Below, in pieces: positions 38,397 through 49,184 of a DNA stretch of 64,000 nucleotides. The translations under genes and the position numbers were made by a program. How positions within the stretch are numbered: the first letter of the stretch is position 1; every line of letters begins with the position of its first letter. Source of the DNA: Gammaproteobacteria bacterium (GTDB lineage: Bacteria > Pseudomonadota > Gammaproteobacteria > Ga0077536). The notes beneath the pieces were generated by a model. The model was given only the letters and a program-made list of their open reading frames with translations. It was not told where the DNA came from and searched no databases. Where the stretch lies: NCBI GenBank assembly GCA_963662545.2, contig CAXXLL010000003.1, forward strand, positions 64,001 through 128,000, written 5' to 3'.

Positions 38397-39258
38397 CGTG
38401 CTCGATACGCTTCAACCAATCCACTGCCTGTTGTTCCACCTGAGCGCGCCATACGGCGCTGGAGAAGGTATGGTTCGCATCTTTGAGTATACGCCGATCA
38501 CGAATACGTTCGGCAGCCAGCGATCTCCAGGCTGAGTCGTGCTCACACCGCTGACGAAATTCGCTCGCGACCAGGTCATCTCCGCTCAGTAGAAGGAACA
38601 CGGAGCCACGAAAATTCGCTAGTCCGGTACGCATACGCTCGATGAAATCATCCCTGCCTCTGTGTCGCTCCTCGCGCAATCCCACGAGGCGCCCAGCATA
38701 ATTCGCCAGGCTCGTCACCGAGTCACGCAAATCGAGTTGCCCACGGACAAGCTTGCGCCAGAAATCGCGGTTCCTGAGCCGCGCCATATAGTAGGTGCGC
38801 ACCCGCGCTTGCGCCTCGGTACGCGGCGAATGAACCCACGGATTGGCAAGGATGAGTGCCACGACTCGGTCATTGGCGTACGCGTACATCAACGCCGCGG
38901 ACGCCGCGTCGCACAAGCCCCAGATAACGACACGACGTACCCCGGCGGTGCTTGTGAAGTAGTCGATCGCTGCCTCGATGTCAGCGCCGATAGTCTCGAA
39001 ATCCCGCGGATCGCCTTCGCTGTCGCCGATGCCGCGGTAATCGAAACGGAACACGGGATATCCACTGCGCGCGAGCGCCCGCGCAAGCAACACGAACTGT
39101 CGATGGCTCCCAACCCGGTATTGTGGGCCACCTACGATAAGCAGCACGCCGAGCTCGCTTTCACCTGAAACTTCATGCAACACGGCAATGGTGTCGTTGC
39201 CGGCGATGTCCATGACGCAGGCACGCTCGGTACCGCTCAGACTTCCGGGCGCATCCAT
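38389..39258 (-). CDS. alpha/beta hydrolase 1, exosortase A system-associated
   Basis: VGGPQYRVGSHRQF, FDYRGIGDS, WGLCDAASA, LANPWV, DANHTFS. Confidence 0.9.
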   Translation of the reverse strand: MDAPGSLSGTERACVMDIAGNDTIAVLHEVSGESELGVLLIVGGPQYRVGSHRQFVLLARALARSGYPVFRFDYRGIGDSEGDPRDFETIGADIEAAIDYFTSTAGVRRVVIWGLCDAASAALMYAYANDRVVALILANPWVHSPRTEAQARVRTYYMARLRNRDFWRKLVRGQLDLRDSVTSLANYAGRLVGLREERHRGRDDFIERMRTGLANFRGSVFLLLSGDDLVASEFRQRCEHDSAWRSLAAERIRDRRILKDANHTFSSAVWRAQVEQQAVDWLKRIEHDA

Positions 39259-40073
39259 TGCTTAGCGATCTCCACGGTCCGCACCGCCACCTGCGGCGGC
39301 GCAGATATCTCCTGGGTTGCCCAAAACTGCTCGCAATCAAGAACTTCGCCAAGCGTGGCGATTCCCTGCTGATCCAGAACCTCTAAAAATTTCAGCCCGG
39401 GAAGACTCAGCTTCTCGGACCCGCTCGGTTTGCACTCGAGTACTGCGCATTTTGCTCCTGCGGGGAACGAGAGGTCCGTCAGCTTGACCTCGGCGAGCGC
39501 CCCGGCCAGCTCGGCAGCGATAGAGTATCCGGCCACCTCAACCGACTCACCGCTTTCGAAAAGATTCATCAAGTCCCGGTTAGTTTCATTTCCTCCAGAG
39601 AATTTGCTGGCCATGACCCGTAATCGCAATATTTGCTGCAAGTACTGCCTGCCTTCATACACGGGCTGCCATGCGACGACTAACAAAGGTTTATCGGCGA
39701 GGAGCGAAGGGAGTAACAGCGTCCCCGCACGCACGGCCAACACCATCTCGACGTCGGCAACCGAACGTTCGCTAAACCACGCCCGCACCGCTTCCAGATC
39801 CTGAATCCACCGCTCCCAACGCGCTTCCCCGAATTCTCCCGCGCTGTCTCCGGTGCCGCTCAAATCCGGCAGTACGACGTCGAATCCGGCATCGCTGAGA
39901 CGCCGACAGCACATGGCCATCAGCTTTCGGCATTTGTTCATCTCTTCCATCAAGGGTGGCAGGACGAGGATCCGGCCCTTTGCGGGCGGGACGGCAGGCG
40001 CAAAATGCAGGACAAACAGTGTACGTCCGCTGATTTTCAAGAACTGCGGGTGGAGACGATTGGAATCCGGCAC
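39237..40073 (-). CDS. alpha/beta hydrolase 2, exosortase A system-associated
   Basis: PPLMEEMNKCR, DLSGTGDSAGEF, WQPV, QQILRLR, EVAGY, QFW. Start approximate. Confidence 0.85.
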   Translation of the reverse strand: MPDSNRLHPQFLKISGRTLFVLHFAPAVPPAKGRILVLPPLMEEMNKCRKLMAMCCRRLSDAGFDVVLPDLSGTGDSAGEFGEARWERWIQDLEAVRAWFSERSVADVEMVLAVRAGTLLLPSLLADKPLLVVAWQPVYEGRQYLQQILRLRVMASKFSGGNETNRDLMNLFESGESVEVAGYSIAAELAGALAEVKLTDLSFPAGAKCAVLECKPSGSEKLSLPGLKFLEVLDQQGIATLGEVLDCEQFWATQEISAPPQVAVRTVEIAKQWMRPEV

Positions 40074-40086
40074 GGATTTTCTAACT

Positions 40087-40332
40087 TTAGCCAACCTTGT
40101 ACGCGACAAAATCAACCAGGGAACCCACGGTCTCGAATGTATCGGCGCTCACTTCGTCATCATCGATCATGAACCCGAACTCCTCTTCGATAACCGTCAG
40201 AACCGATACCACGGCCATCGAATCGAATTCCGGCACGTCGCCGAGCAATAGAGTTTGTGCGTTGAAAGCATCGACCCTGTCGCCAATCCCCAGTACTTGC
40301 CCGAGAATCGTTATGATTTTTTGTTCGATCAT
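40087..40332 (-). CDS. acyl carrier protein
   Basis: 81 aa and acidic; LLGDVPEFDSMAVV contains the phosphopantetheine Ser; FETVGSL. Confidence 0.92.
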   Translation of the reverse strand: MIEQKIITILGQVLGIGDRVDAFNAQTLLLGDVPEFDSMAVVSVLTVIEEEFGFMIDDDEVSADTFETVGSLVDFVAYKVG

Positions 40333-40529
40333 CTTCAGCTCTCGTTATCTAGAAATGCTTGCTTGTGTAAGCAGCATGAAATGTTGCCCCGTCACGATGG
40401 TGCTTCTTCTTGCGCACGACCAGTCGTACCGGTTTGCCGACAAGAAGTGCCGACAGTGCTCTTCGGCCCTTCGATACAAATCGGGACATATGCGTTCTCC
40501 GGCTCTCCCGGAACGCGAAGCGTAAACGA

Positions 40530-41807
40530 TCATCGGCCGCGCGGCGCCAAAATTGACTCGAGTTCCACGCACATTTCCGCGGCGCGAACGTCCCGAGAAA
40601 AGCCGCGCACAACCGCGTCGTCCACCGCGACGCGCTCGCGATGAGCGCGCAGGTCTTTGATCTCCGTACTCAGCAGAGCCCGTATATCGGCAGCGGAATC
40701 GATGGCAGCGATCGCGTCGATTCCGACGTCACGGAGAATTTGGGCGGTGTCGCCTGCCTCGTCGGTAATCGCCAATATCGGACGCCCGCTGCGCAGATAC
40801 TCGTATAGCTTGGCCGGTACCTGGAAGTTGCAATTCCCGGCCTGCACCAGCAGCAGAGCGTCTGCGGTGAGCATCTCCTCCACCGCCTCCTGATAACCCA
40901 CCGGCGGGAGCAGTTCGACGATGTCTTCGAGCGCGTAGTCGCGAAGCATGGGCTGATAGTAGGCCTCATGGCCCGACCCACGGAAGGTCACGCGCAGCGT
41001 TGCCGCCGCAATCTCGCCCGCCGCCTTAAGTTCAGACAAAGCCTCGAAAAGGGGTCGCGGATCACGTTCGGACGGGTACAGTATGCCGGAATGCAGCAGC
41101 TTGAGCGGCCCCGCATCACGTGCCGTGCGCCGCGCGGCACTGGCTTCCGCCCTCTTGAACATCGCTTCGTCATACCCGTTGGGAATCGCTCTGCCTTTGC
41201 TCGCGATGCGCTCACCGTAATGCGATTCGTAATAAATCCTCGCACCCGGCGCCGTATAGATCACGCGTTCGGCATGCCGCGCAATCCGATCCTCGATCCA
41301 TCGGAAAGCGCGCCATGTCCTCGGATCGGATGGGTAGCCTTCCTGCGCCATCGGATCGCGCATATCCGCCACCCAAGGCTTCCCTGTCAGGCGGTGCAGG
41401 ATATATCCAATAACATGTGCCGAGGCGATCGGATAGGTCGACACGATAACATCGACGCGGCCACGCGCGATTTCGAATAATCCCAACACCACCGCACTCG
41501 GCACCCACGATACCCAACGATCGGGGATTGCCATGAAATCCAGATACTTACCCTTAATCGACAAATGTCTGGTCGTATCGAGCGCCGGAGCGCGTACAAC
41601 CTTGACTCCGGCCGGCACCATTGCCTCATTTTCAGGGCGCGAAGCAAGCAAGGCGTTGCGCGTCACGGTCAACACGGTGGTCGTCCAACCGTTGCCCGCA
41701 CAATGCGCGGAGAAACTCAGTGTCCTGTGCACCCCGCTGCTCGCCTGAATTGGCGGGTAATGGTATGCGATAAAGAGTACACCGCGTCGGATGGACAGTT
41801 CGTTCAT
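40530..41807 (-). CDS. glycosyltransferase family 4
   Basis: IAYHYPP...SGVHR, PWVADMRDP, IPNGYDE, PAKLYEYLR. Confidence 0.88.
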   Translation of the reverse strand: MNELSIRRGVLFIAYHYPPIQASSGVHRTLSFSAHCAGNGWTTTVLTVTRNALLASRPENEAMVPAGVKVVRAPALDTTRHLSIKGKYLDFMAIPDRWVSWVPSAVVLGLFEIARGRVDVIVSTYPIASAHVIGYILHRLTGKPWVADMRDPMAQEGYPSDPRTWRAFRWIEDRIARHAERVIYTAPGARIYYESHYGERIASKGRAIPNGYDEAMFKRAEASAARRTARDAGPLKLLHSGILYPSERDPRPLFEALSELKAAGEIAAATLRVTFRGSGHEAYYQPMLRDYALEDIVELLPPVGYQEAVEEMLTADALLLVQAGNCNFQVPAKLYEYLRSGRPILAITDEAGDTAQILRDVGIDAIAAIDSAADIRALLSTEIKDLRAHRERVAVDDAVVRGFSRDVRAAEMCVELESILAPRGR

Positions 41808-42281
41808 AGGCTTGGCGACATTGGCGCCGGGCAACACAATACCCCTGCGACTCGCGCAGCGTGGCGAATCGGGCGCAACGTGTCGACAGGTTCCTGAAGC
41901 ATTCTCGGAATTTCAAGTACAATTCGCCGAGTCGGGACTTCGATGGTGAAAATTTGTGTCGGCATAGCGTAGGTATAGTGAATGGATTTCGCGGGTCATG
42001 CATCTTACGGCAACCCAGTCGGTCCGCGTCCTAAAGCAATCTCTCATGCCTGCCGATGGAGAAAAGAGGGATTCCGGATCCGGCCGTGTTGAGCGTAAAG
42101 TGGACGCGCGGCTGGTTTTTGGCCCGCTCTCGCAGACACCAGCTACCCCGCTTAATCATACCTAAGTAAGCCGACACCAATGGAGCGACAGGGCGTGGAG
42201 CTTAGCGCAGAGAGGGTAACGGAGGCCTCTGCAGTCCATATCCACCCAGCCTTGTTCGAATGCATCGATCCGGAAGCGACG

Positions 42282-43412
42282 ATGTACCCTGCCCCGGCGC
42301 TGCCGATTTTACCTTATCTAACCGCTTCGCAGCTTTTACGTGGGCCCCGCGACCTGCCGATTTTCCTTTCGCGACCACATCAATTTTTTCGCAATGCCCG
42401 CTCTGCCCTCGCTCAGGTATTTACCCAATGCGGCCTGCACAACAATCACATTCTCGTTCCCGGGTACATCTGCAAATCAGTTATCGAACCGATTATCTGG
42501 AGCGGGAGTACGCCGGTATTTTACAATTTGAATGACGATTTAAGCGTTGATGAGACCGATTTCGAAGCCAAGTTAGTCGATGCGGATGCTGCAATCGTGA
42601 CACATTTTTTCGGCATTCCTCAGCATATCGATCGGCTTGCCGAGTTGTGTCGCCGACAACAGGTAATCCTGATAGAAGACTGCGCCCATGCTCTTATGGG
42701 CGCCCTGAACGGCGCACCACTCGGCTCGTTAGGCGATTATTCGATCGCGAGCACCATTAAATTTTGCCCCGGGATCGACGGAGGCATACTGATCTGTAAT
42801 GGCCCCACCACTACAGACCGACGTGAACCGCGTACCACCCACGTAGATCTGCGGTCCATTGCTTCCCTGCTCGAGCGCAGCGTGACAGGTTACGTTTCGA
42901 GATACGGCAACAGATCTTATTCGAGCAATCACGTGCCGCCGGTACCGCGGTGGCGCTCAAGCCGGATGCGCGAACTCGAACAATCGCCAGGGATCGATGG
43001 CCGGTATGAATGGTTCGATCCGGAGGATATGGGAATCCCTGGCAACGAAGTGTCTCGCCGTCTCCTATTCATGCTCGATTACGATCTGATTCGACGTCGC
43101 CGCCGCGAAAATTTCCTGCACTACGTTGAGGTGTCTCGCGGGCTTGCAAGATGCCAGGCAATCATCACCGAACTGCAGGCCGAAACTGTGCCTTACATGT
43201 TTCCCCTTTTCGTCGAAGGCATCGATGACGTATTCCGGACTCTGAAGTTCCGCCGTATTCCCATCTGGCGATGGGAGCAGCAGCACGTCAACGTCCCCGC
43301 AATAGGGAAGCGATTAGGGCGAGGTTTGCTCCACTTGCCCTGTCATCAGTGCATCACCCTGAGAGACATCGATAAAATCATCGCTGCAATTCGCGATAGC
43401 TTGCAGTTCTAG
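42282..43412 (+). CDS. DegT-like PLP-dependent aminotransferase
   Basis: VPGYICKSV, THFFG, LIEDCAHA, IASTIKF, VPYMFPL, LPCHQ. Confidence 0.8.
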   Translation: MYPAPALPILPYLTASQLLRGPRDLPIFLSRPHQFFRNARSALAQVFTQCGLHNNHILVPGYICKSVIEPIIWSGSTPVFYNLNDDLSVDETDFEAKLVDADAAIVTHFFGIPQHIDRLAELCRRQQVILIEDCAHALMGALNGAPLGSLGDYSIASTIKFCPGIDGGILICNGPTTTDRREPRTTHVDLRSIASLLERSVTGYVSRYGNRSYSSNHVPPVPRWRSSRMRELEQSPGIDGRYEWFDPEDMGIPGNEVSRRLLFMLDYDLIRRRRRENFLHYVEVSRGLARCQAIITELQAETVPYMFPLFVEGIDDVFRTLKFRRIPIWRWEQQHVNVPAIGKRLGRGLLHLPCHQCITLRDIDKIIAAIRDSLQF

Positions 43413-43453
43413 TCCGCCAATATAGCGATCTGGTACCAGGAATTTCGCTGGCA

Positions 43454-44482
43454 ATGAAAACAACAGTAACACCTTGTTCGGATTTTGCCGCGTATAGCGG
43501 TGCATGGGATCGACTGGCCGCAGCCGGTTACGGCGTGCCAATACTGTCATCTGCCTTCGTCGAGTCCTGCCTGGAACATTTCGCGGACGGTTCCATCAAT
43601 CTCGCAGTCGTCGAAGACGAACAAGGAATAATCGCGCTCGTTTTTCTCAAGGCGCACCGGGTCGGCGTGCTGGAAACCTGGAACCCCGGACAAGCTCCTC
43701 TGGGCCTGTTCGTATTCGAACAGGACCGAGAGCTGACAGATATTTTCGATGCATTGTTCTCTCATTTTCGTGGCCGCGCCATGGTCAGTGTGACGCAACA
43801 GGATTCCAGGTTCGTGAAATCATCCCAATTCCCGGCTTGCGCCGACTTAGTTCCGTATATCGAGACGCCGTGGATCGAATGCGCGGCACCGTTCGAGGAG
43901 TACTGGAATTCCCTCGGGAAAAATATCAAGCGGAATATGCGCAAAGATTCGAATAAGCTCGAGTCGCGAAATATATCAACCAGGCTGAATATTATTATCG
44001 AAAGAGCCGAGATGGGTGCGGCCATCGACGCTCACGGCAAGCTCGAGTCGTCTGGCTGGAAAGGCGCCGCGAACAGCGCGATAGCCGGCGACAATATCCA
44101 AGGCAGATTTTATACGACTCTGCTTCAACGATTCAGTAAAAACAAAAACGGTCTCGTCTTCCAGTACTACTACGGCGATGAACTCGTGGCGTCGGACTTT
44201 GCCGTATCAAATGGCAAAAGCGTGGTAATACTGAAAACCGCCTACCTGCAGTCAAAACGAGAAACATCACCGGCCCAATTACTGCGCCATGCCTATTTTC
44301 CATTCTTGTTCGAACGGTTTGCCGGATCTAGGATTGAATTCTACGGTAAGGCACTGGAATGGCACTCGCGCTGGACCAAACAGACCAGGCCCCTTTACCA
44401 CATGAACGTGTATCGTTCGATTATGGCGCGCAGCGTTGTTCGTTCAATGAGGCGCGTTGCCAGGTCGAGTTTCACTAAATGA
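43454..44482 (+). CDS. GNAT family (CelD/BcsL-like) acyltransferase
   Basis: FEEYWNSLGKN, LESSGWKG, GRFY, LKTAY, SPAQLL. Confidence 0.8.
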   Translation: MKTTVTPCSDFAAYSGAWDRLAAAGYGVPILSSAFVESCLEHFADGSINLAVVEDEQGIIALVFLKAHRVGVLETWNPGQAPLGLFVFEQDRELTDIFDALFSHFRGRAMVSVTQQDSRFVKSSQFPACADLVPYIETPWIECAAPFEEYWNSLGKNIKRNMRKDSNKLESRNISTRLNIIIERAEMGAAIDAHGKLESSGWKGAANSAIAGDNIQGRFYTTLLQRFSKNKNGLVFQYYYGDELVASDFAVSNGKSVVILKTAYLQSKRETSPAQLLRHAYFPFLFERFAGSRIEFYGKALEWHSRWTKQTRPLYHMNVYRSIMARSVVRSMRRVARSSFTK

Positions 44483-44827
44483 TTCTGGAGGCTTGGCGTC
44501 CTAGTCGGCTTATGCCCACTCTTTGGGCGTTCGCCGTTCCTGGCCTATCACACCGTCACGTGCATCGCCCGGGCGAAGGCGGCCCCGGCCCCGACCGTGC
44601 CCCGTTTCGCTCGTGCCCGCCGCCCGTTTGCGTCTTGCGAGCGGTCTCATCAATACTGGGCGCCGGAATTCGCCCGGATCGGTGTTGGTAGAACGTTTTC
44701 CCGATGAGCGCACCCAATCGCACTTATGTCAATCGCGGCATGGGCGCGCCGATTGGCTTTCTGGCCGTTTTTTGGCCCGTAGCCGTTTAAAGCAAGTTCC
44801 TATCCTAATTGTTATGAAGGTAATTGA

Positions 44828-46261
44828 ATGACATCTAAAGCGTGCGTCGACTTGCCCCCCGGTCTGGTAAGAGAGGGTGGATCTTATCGTGATCCCGCTG
44901 GGCACGTTTTTAACTTCAACGGTCGAATAATCAGGACCGTGACCACTCACGCCAAGGCGGAATACGAGTTCGTACGCGACTCTGAGTGTCTGAAGAAGCT
45001 AATCGAAAGGGGGTGGGTAATCTCCACCGAGGAAATCGACCCGCAACCCTTTGTCGGTGCGGATAAAGACATTACCTATGTACTTGAGCACGAGCCGGTT
45101 CCGTGGATATCGTTTCCTTACGAATGGGGATTTTCGGCGCTCAAGGCCGCTGCCTTGCTACATCTTGAAATTCAATTGTTGGCGCTGGAATATGGTGTGG
45201 CGTTATCGGACGCGAGCGCCTACAACGTTCAATTCGTCGGAGCCCGGCCGATCTTTATCGACGTACTATCTTTGCGGCGCTATCGCGATGGGGAATTCTG
45301 GACGGGGCAGCGTCAGTTCGCAGAGCAGTTTCTCAATCCGCTGCTGCTGCGTGCATTGACCGGAGTACCCCACAATGCCTGGTTTCGGGGCGCTTTGGAA
45401 GGCATCGAATCGCAACACCTCAACAGCGTCATTCCGGGTTGGCGGAAACTCGGCTGGAAGATTCTAACCAACGTAGCGCTACCTTCCTACGTACAACAAT
45501 CGGCCAGAAAGCGGTCAACCAGTAATCTTCAAAGCCTTCAGGACAAACGTCTCTCCAAAACCGGATATCACTCCCTGCTTGTAACTTTACGAGATTGGAT
45601 CGCGACGCTCCGTCCTAAGGATAGCGGTGAGACCACCTGGGAAAATTACGAAGCAGATCGGACCTACAGCTCCGCGGAGGCGAGCAGGAAGCGTGACTTT
45701 ATCAAGCAGTTCATCGAAGCGACAAGACCAAAGACGGTATGGGACCTTGGCTGTAACACCGGCGAGTTCAGTGAGGCGGCGCTCGCAGCCGGTGCTGAGT
45801 ATGTAGTGGGTTTCGACATCGATCACGGCGCACTCGATAAAGCATTTGCCAGAAGTCGTAATTCCAGTCTGGCACTTCAAGTCGTGTACCAGGATGCTGC
45901 CAATCCCACTCCGAACCAGGGATGGTTAATGCAGGAAAGAGGTTCGATATCGGCAAGAGGAGCCCCGAATGCTATCCTCGCGCTCGCATTTGAGCATCAT
46001 CTGGCGATCGGTAAAAACATACCGCTTGACCAAGTCGTTTTTTGGCTCACTTCACTTGCCCCGACCGGCGTGATTGAATTCGTTCAGAAGACCGATCCCA
46101 CTATCGAACGGATGCTTGCCCTTCGGGAAGACATTTTTGATGAATACAGTGAGGAGAAATTCAGGGCAACGTTGGAATCGTGCGCAGAGATAACCTGTGA
46201 GGAGAAGATTTCGTCCGATAACCGGATGTTATTCGGTTTCAAGACGAGATCCCACCCATGA
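44828..46261 (+). CDS. NoeA-like SAM-dependent methyltransferase
   Basis: GSYRDPAG.VF, ISFPYEW, DASAYNVQF, QFLNPLLL, WDLGCNTGEFS, LAFEHHLAI. Confidence 0.85.
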   Translation: MTSKACVDLPPGLVREGGSYRDPAGHVFNFNGRIIRTVTTHAKAEYEFVRDSECLKKLIERGWVISTEEIDPQPFVGADKDITYVLEHEPVPWISFPYEWGFSALKAAALLHLEIQLLALEYGVALSDASAYNVQFVGARPIFIDVLSLRRYRDGEFWTGQRQFAEQFLNPLLLRALTGVPHNAWFRGALEGIESQHLNSVIPGWRKLGWKILTNVALPSYVQQSARKRSTSNLQSLQDKRLSKTGYHSLLVTLRDWIATLRPKDSGETTWENYEADRTYSSAEASRKRDFIKQFIEATRPKTVWDLGCNTGEFSEAALAAGAEYVVGFDIDHGALDKAFARSRNSSLALQVVYQDAANPTPNQGWLMQERGSISARGAPNAILALAFEHHLAIGKNIPLDQVVFWLTSLAPTGVIEFVQKTDPTIERMLALREDIFDEYSEEKFRATLESCAEITCEEKISSDNRMLFGFKTRSHP

Positions 46262-46330
46262 ATGCGACCGAGATCTACCTTCTGATCCTAACGCGTCCCA
46301 TGCATTGTCATTCGACTTAAGGATAGCAAC

Positions 46331-46582
46331 ATGAACAAAACGTCCATAATCGTCGGTCGCCTACTGGGTGTATCGCTCGCGACCTACAGTGTCGCATCGC
46401 ATGCATACCTGGACCCAGGGACAGCCAGCATTATCCTCCAAGGTACCATCGCCGCCATCGCCGGGGCGGCCATTACCCTTAAGCTCTACTGGTATCGCAT
46501 CAAGTCGATGTTCACAAAGTCTTCTGAGAAAGACGTTGAGAACACGGATTTTGAATCCGAAGAAGACCCGAACGGCGGGTAG
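46331..46582 (+). CDS. small membrane protein with an AYLDPGT motif
   Basis: RBS AAGGA; signal-like start, HAYLDPGTASIILQ, TM, YWYRIK, acidic tail. Confidence 0.78.
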   Translation: MNKTSIIVGRLLGVSLATYSVASHAYLDPGTASIILQGTIAAIAGAAITLKLYWYRIKSMFTKSSEKDVENTDFESEEDPNGG

Positions 46583-47568
46583 ACAACAGTGCTTACCCGA
46601 TAGATAGACGGATTAAGGACCACCGGTAGAATGTGCTCTATCCAGCCTAACGATGCCTTGAAGGGATGTCCGGCCTAGGAACCTTGGGGGAAAGTCCCGA
46701 CGAATTTTCACGAAAGAAGTTTAAGCAACGCCGCGTCTTCCGCAGCGCCAGATGACGAAATGCGCAGTCCTAATATTTCCGAGTGTTGCATGATCCCGCC
46801 CCCATGCCGTCATACCATGGACATCGAAGTAATGCGATAACTCTCTCTAAGGTTGCGTTGTCGTTCAATAACAACGCGAGTTTCCAACCGGGACGAAGTA
46901 GTCGGCCAGTACGTTGAAAGAGATTAATCCTCATCGTTTGAAGTATCTCGAACGTCCAAAAGGCCGTGCGCTTGGTGACCGCGCCGTCAATATTCGATAC
47001 TCGCGTTTCACTTTCCCGCCGACTGTGCGGGGCGACTCATTCTCAAGCGTCCCAGTCAAAAATAATGTTGCCGGCGCTTGAAGTGGAAACAAATCCGGGA
47101 GTCCGCGGACGGCTGGGTACCTGCCGGTCTTGATCCACCCCTATCAACGTGTCGCTTCGCGAATGATGGTACGTTTCGTACACGATGTCGCACGTAAATA
47201 GATCCTGTAATTATGTTTCCACGTACACCAAACAAACGTGACGTGGCTTCCACGTGGCAAACCGTACTCGTTTGTCAGTTTCTCATGGTCAGCCCGCTTG
47301 TAAAGTTCCTAATGACCGAGTCATACCCTGTTTTTTCATTCGAAGTGATTTTAGTTCTCGTAAGTTACTTGTCGTTGGCCACGATACTTGCTTGGGCAAT
47401 GATGAAATGTCGCTGGCGATGGTTATCCTATCTTTTGTTATGTGTTTTATTGACATATAGCTTAGAGCAGCTATTCGCTGTACCGTTAAAAGTGATTATG
47501 CCTGCAGTCCTGACCGCAGTCTGGTTGTTACGCAACAACATATATCCGATTACCCTAACTGCTTTCGG

Positions 47569-47966
47569 GAACTTCACTTCAAAGTCCCAACGTCGCTCCT
47601 ATTTTAATAACGAACCATTCTCCTTGTCGGTACTGATGATCTCCATTGTGATTTTTCCACCGAGCATACCATTGACTAATTTCGATAATAATTCAGTCGG
47701 TTCTACAGCTAGTAACAAGCCATCTATCGTACATCTCGTTCTGGACGAACATATAAGTGTCAGGGCCATTTCCGACCACGCTCCAGACAGCAAGGTTATT
47801 GGCGTAATAAGGAGTTTTTATCAGAGAAACGGATTCGAATTGTTTGGCGCCGCAGTATCTAAGTATTTTTGGTCTACCGATTCATTGCCGAATCTCATGA
47901 ACTTTCACTTCAAAGTCCCAACGTCGCTCCTATTTTAATAACGAACCATTCTAGCGGCCTTGTCGG
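47569..47966 (+). repeat. internal ~60-bp direct repeat (47569-47630 and 47899-47966)
   Basis: Both copies contain CACTTCAAAGTCCCAACGTCGCTCCTATTTTAATAACGAACCATTCT followed by CCTTGTCGG. Confidence 0.9.
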
Positions 47967-48053
47967 AAAATCGATACTTCAATTTGCTGAACCATGCCGG
48001 CTATAAGATCAATGTGTATCAAAGCAGTTGCGCAAGCGTCTAGACTCTTGACC

Positions 48054-48305
48054 ATTGCGCACCTGATGATGCAGAAATAAACAAGTGCGTCACATATTCG
48101 GCGAACTCGATACGAAATATTGCAAACGAAAATCTAAGCGTGACAACCACCGGAGGTTTCGATCCCTTAAGCGACAAATTTTCCTTTTTATTTCAACCGC
48201 ATCGCATGCACACTACCTAGATTATTGCGCACCTGATGATGCAGAAATAAACAAGTGCGTCACATATTTGCGAAATATTGCAAACGAAAATCTAAGCGTG
48301 ACAAC
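48054..48305 (+). repeat. internal ~85-bp direct repeat (48054-48147 and 48224-48305)
   Basis: ATTGCGCACCTGATGATGCAGAAATAAACAAGTGCGTCACATATT...CGAAATATTGCAAACGAAAATCTAAGCGTGACAAC occurs twice; the second copy is 12 bp shorter. Confidence 0.9.
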
Positions 48306-49101
48306 TAAAGCTCTATTGATTGTCATCAGTCAACATACGTTAAATGAAAACCTTACGGTAACAGCGGTACGGCATTACTGCGATAAGCTTCGGCCGAAAT
48401 TTACAAACGTCAAATTTCCATGTAAGAGCGAAGGGCCGATAACATCAACACTGGCGTCCTCATTACAGCTTCCACGGATAATGGAAGACGTAATATCTAA
48501 CCCTACTGGCCACCTGTTTTTTGCACATTTATTGGTGCCACACTACCCATACGTTTATAACTCCGCCTGCCACCTGAAAAACCATTTCATTGATTGGCTC
48601 GGCAAGAACGCGCTTGCCGCTCAAGAAAGTGAGGATGAAGAGTCAGCTGAATTAAGTAAGCATTTAGATCAAGTTGAGTGTCTATACGTGCAATTGCAGT
48701 CGTTTATTAATGGACTGAAGAGAAAAGGGTTTTACGATCGACTCGTGTTTATTGTGCATGGGGACCACGGTGCCAGAATTTCACTGCAAACAGAATCAAA
48801 TAGCCATGATCCCCAAATTCAAATTAATTACATCATAAAGAATTATTCGACTATATATGCGACAAAAACCTCATCTCAGAGTGCGGGTTATGAATCAAAG
48901 TTGCTACCGTTGGATACGTTGTTTGCACATACGATAAAGAAGATTATGCCCGCTGCAACGATTTTGATTGCCGCAGACGACTATGTTTATAAAGAACGGT
49001 CCGGTGCCGGGTTTGGGGGGGAAATGTTTAAGCTACAGATCCCCGAACATATCGAAGCTAGAATTCTGGATTAGGCAAAGTCTGTATAGAGCACCCGTTT
49101 A

Positions 49102-49184
49102 GGGGAATGTCAGGAATTTTGTGTATGAGCCGGTTCATGAATGGATTGCTACGGACCGATCTTCAGAGTGTATCGAAAATTGTG
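49102..49184. mobile_element. possible IS256-family terminal-repeat remnants
   Basis: GGGGAATGTCAGGAATTTTGTGT and AGAGTGTATCGAAAATTGTG resemble IS256-type ends from recall; no transposase is present. Confidence 0.3.

Larger units (their letters stand above)
47213..49074 (+). pseudogene. membrane-anchored sulfatase/LTA-synthase-like gene, broken by frameshifts and internal duplications
   Basis: TM N-terminus, IVHLVLDEH, FAHLLVPHYPYVY and IVHGDHG split across ORFs 47213-47938 and 48085-49074. AT-rich relative to the window. Confidence 0.75.

Noticed and set aside
44483-44827. GC-rich intergenic stretch as an ncRNA or MITE
   Set aside because: No clear terminal inverted repeats, second copy or recognisable RNA family.
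46600-47200. Possible decayed gene on the minus strand
   Set aside because: Many stops and no motif I can assign with confidence.
47569-48305. CRISPR array
   Set aside because: Only two copies of each of two long, unrelated coding-sequence repeats; no regular spacers or cas genes.
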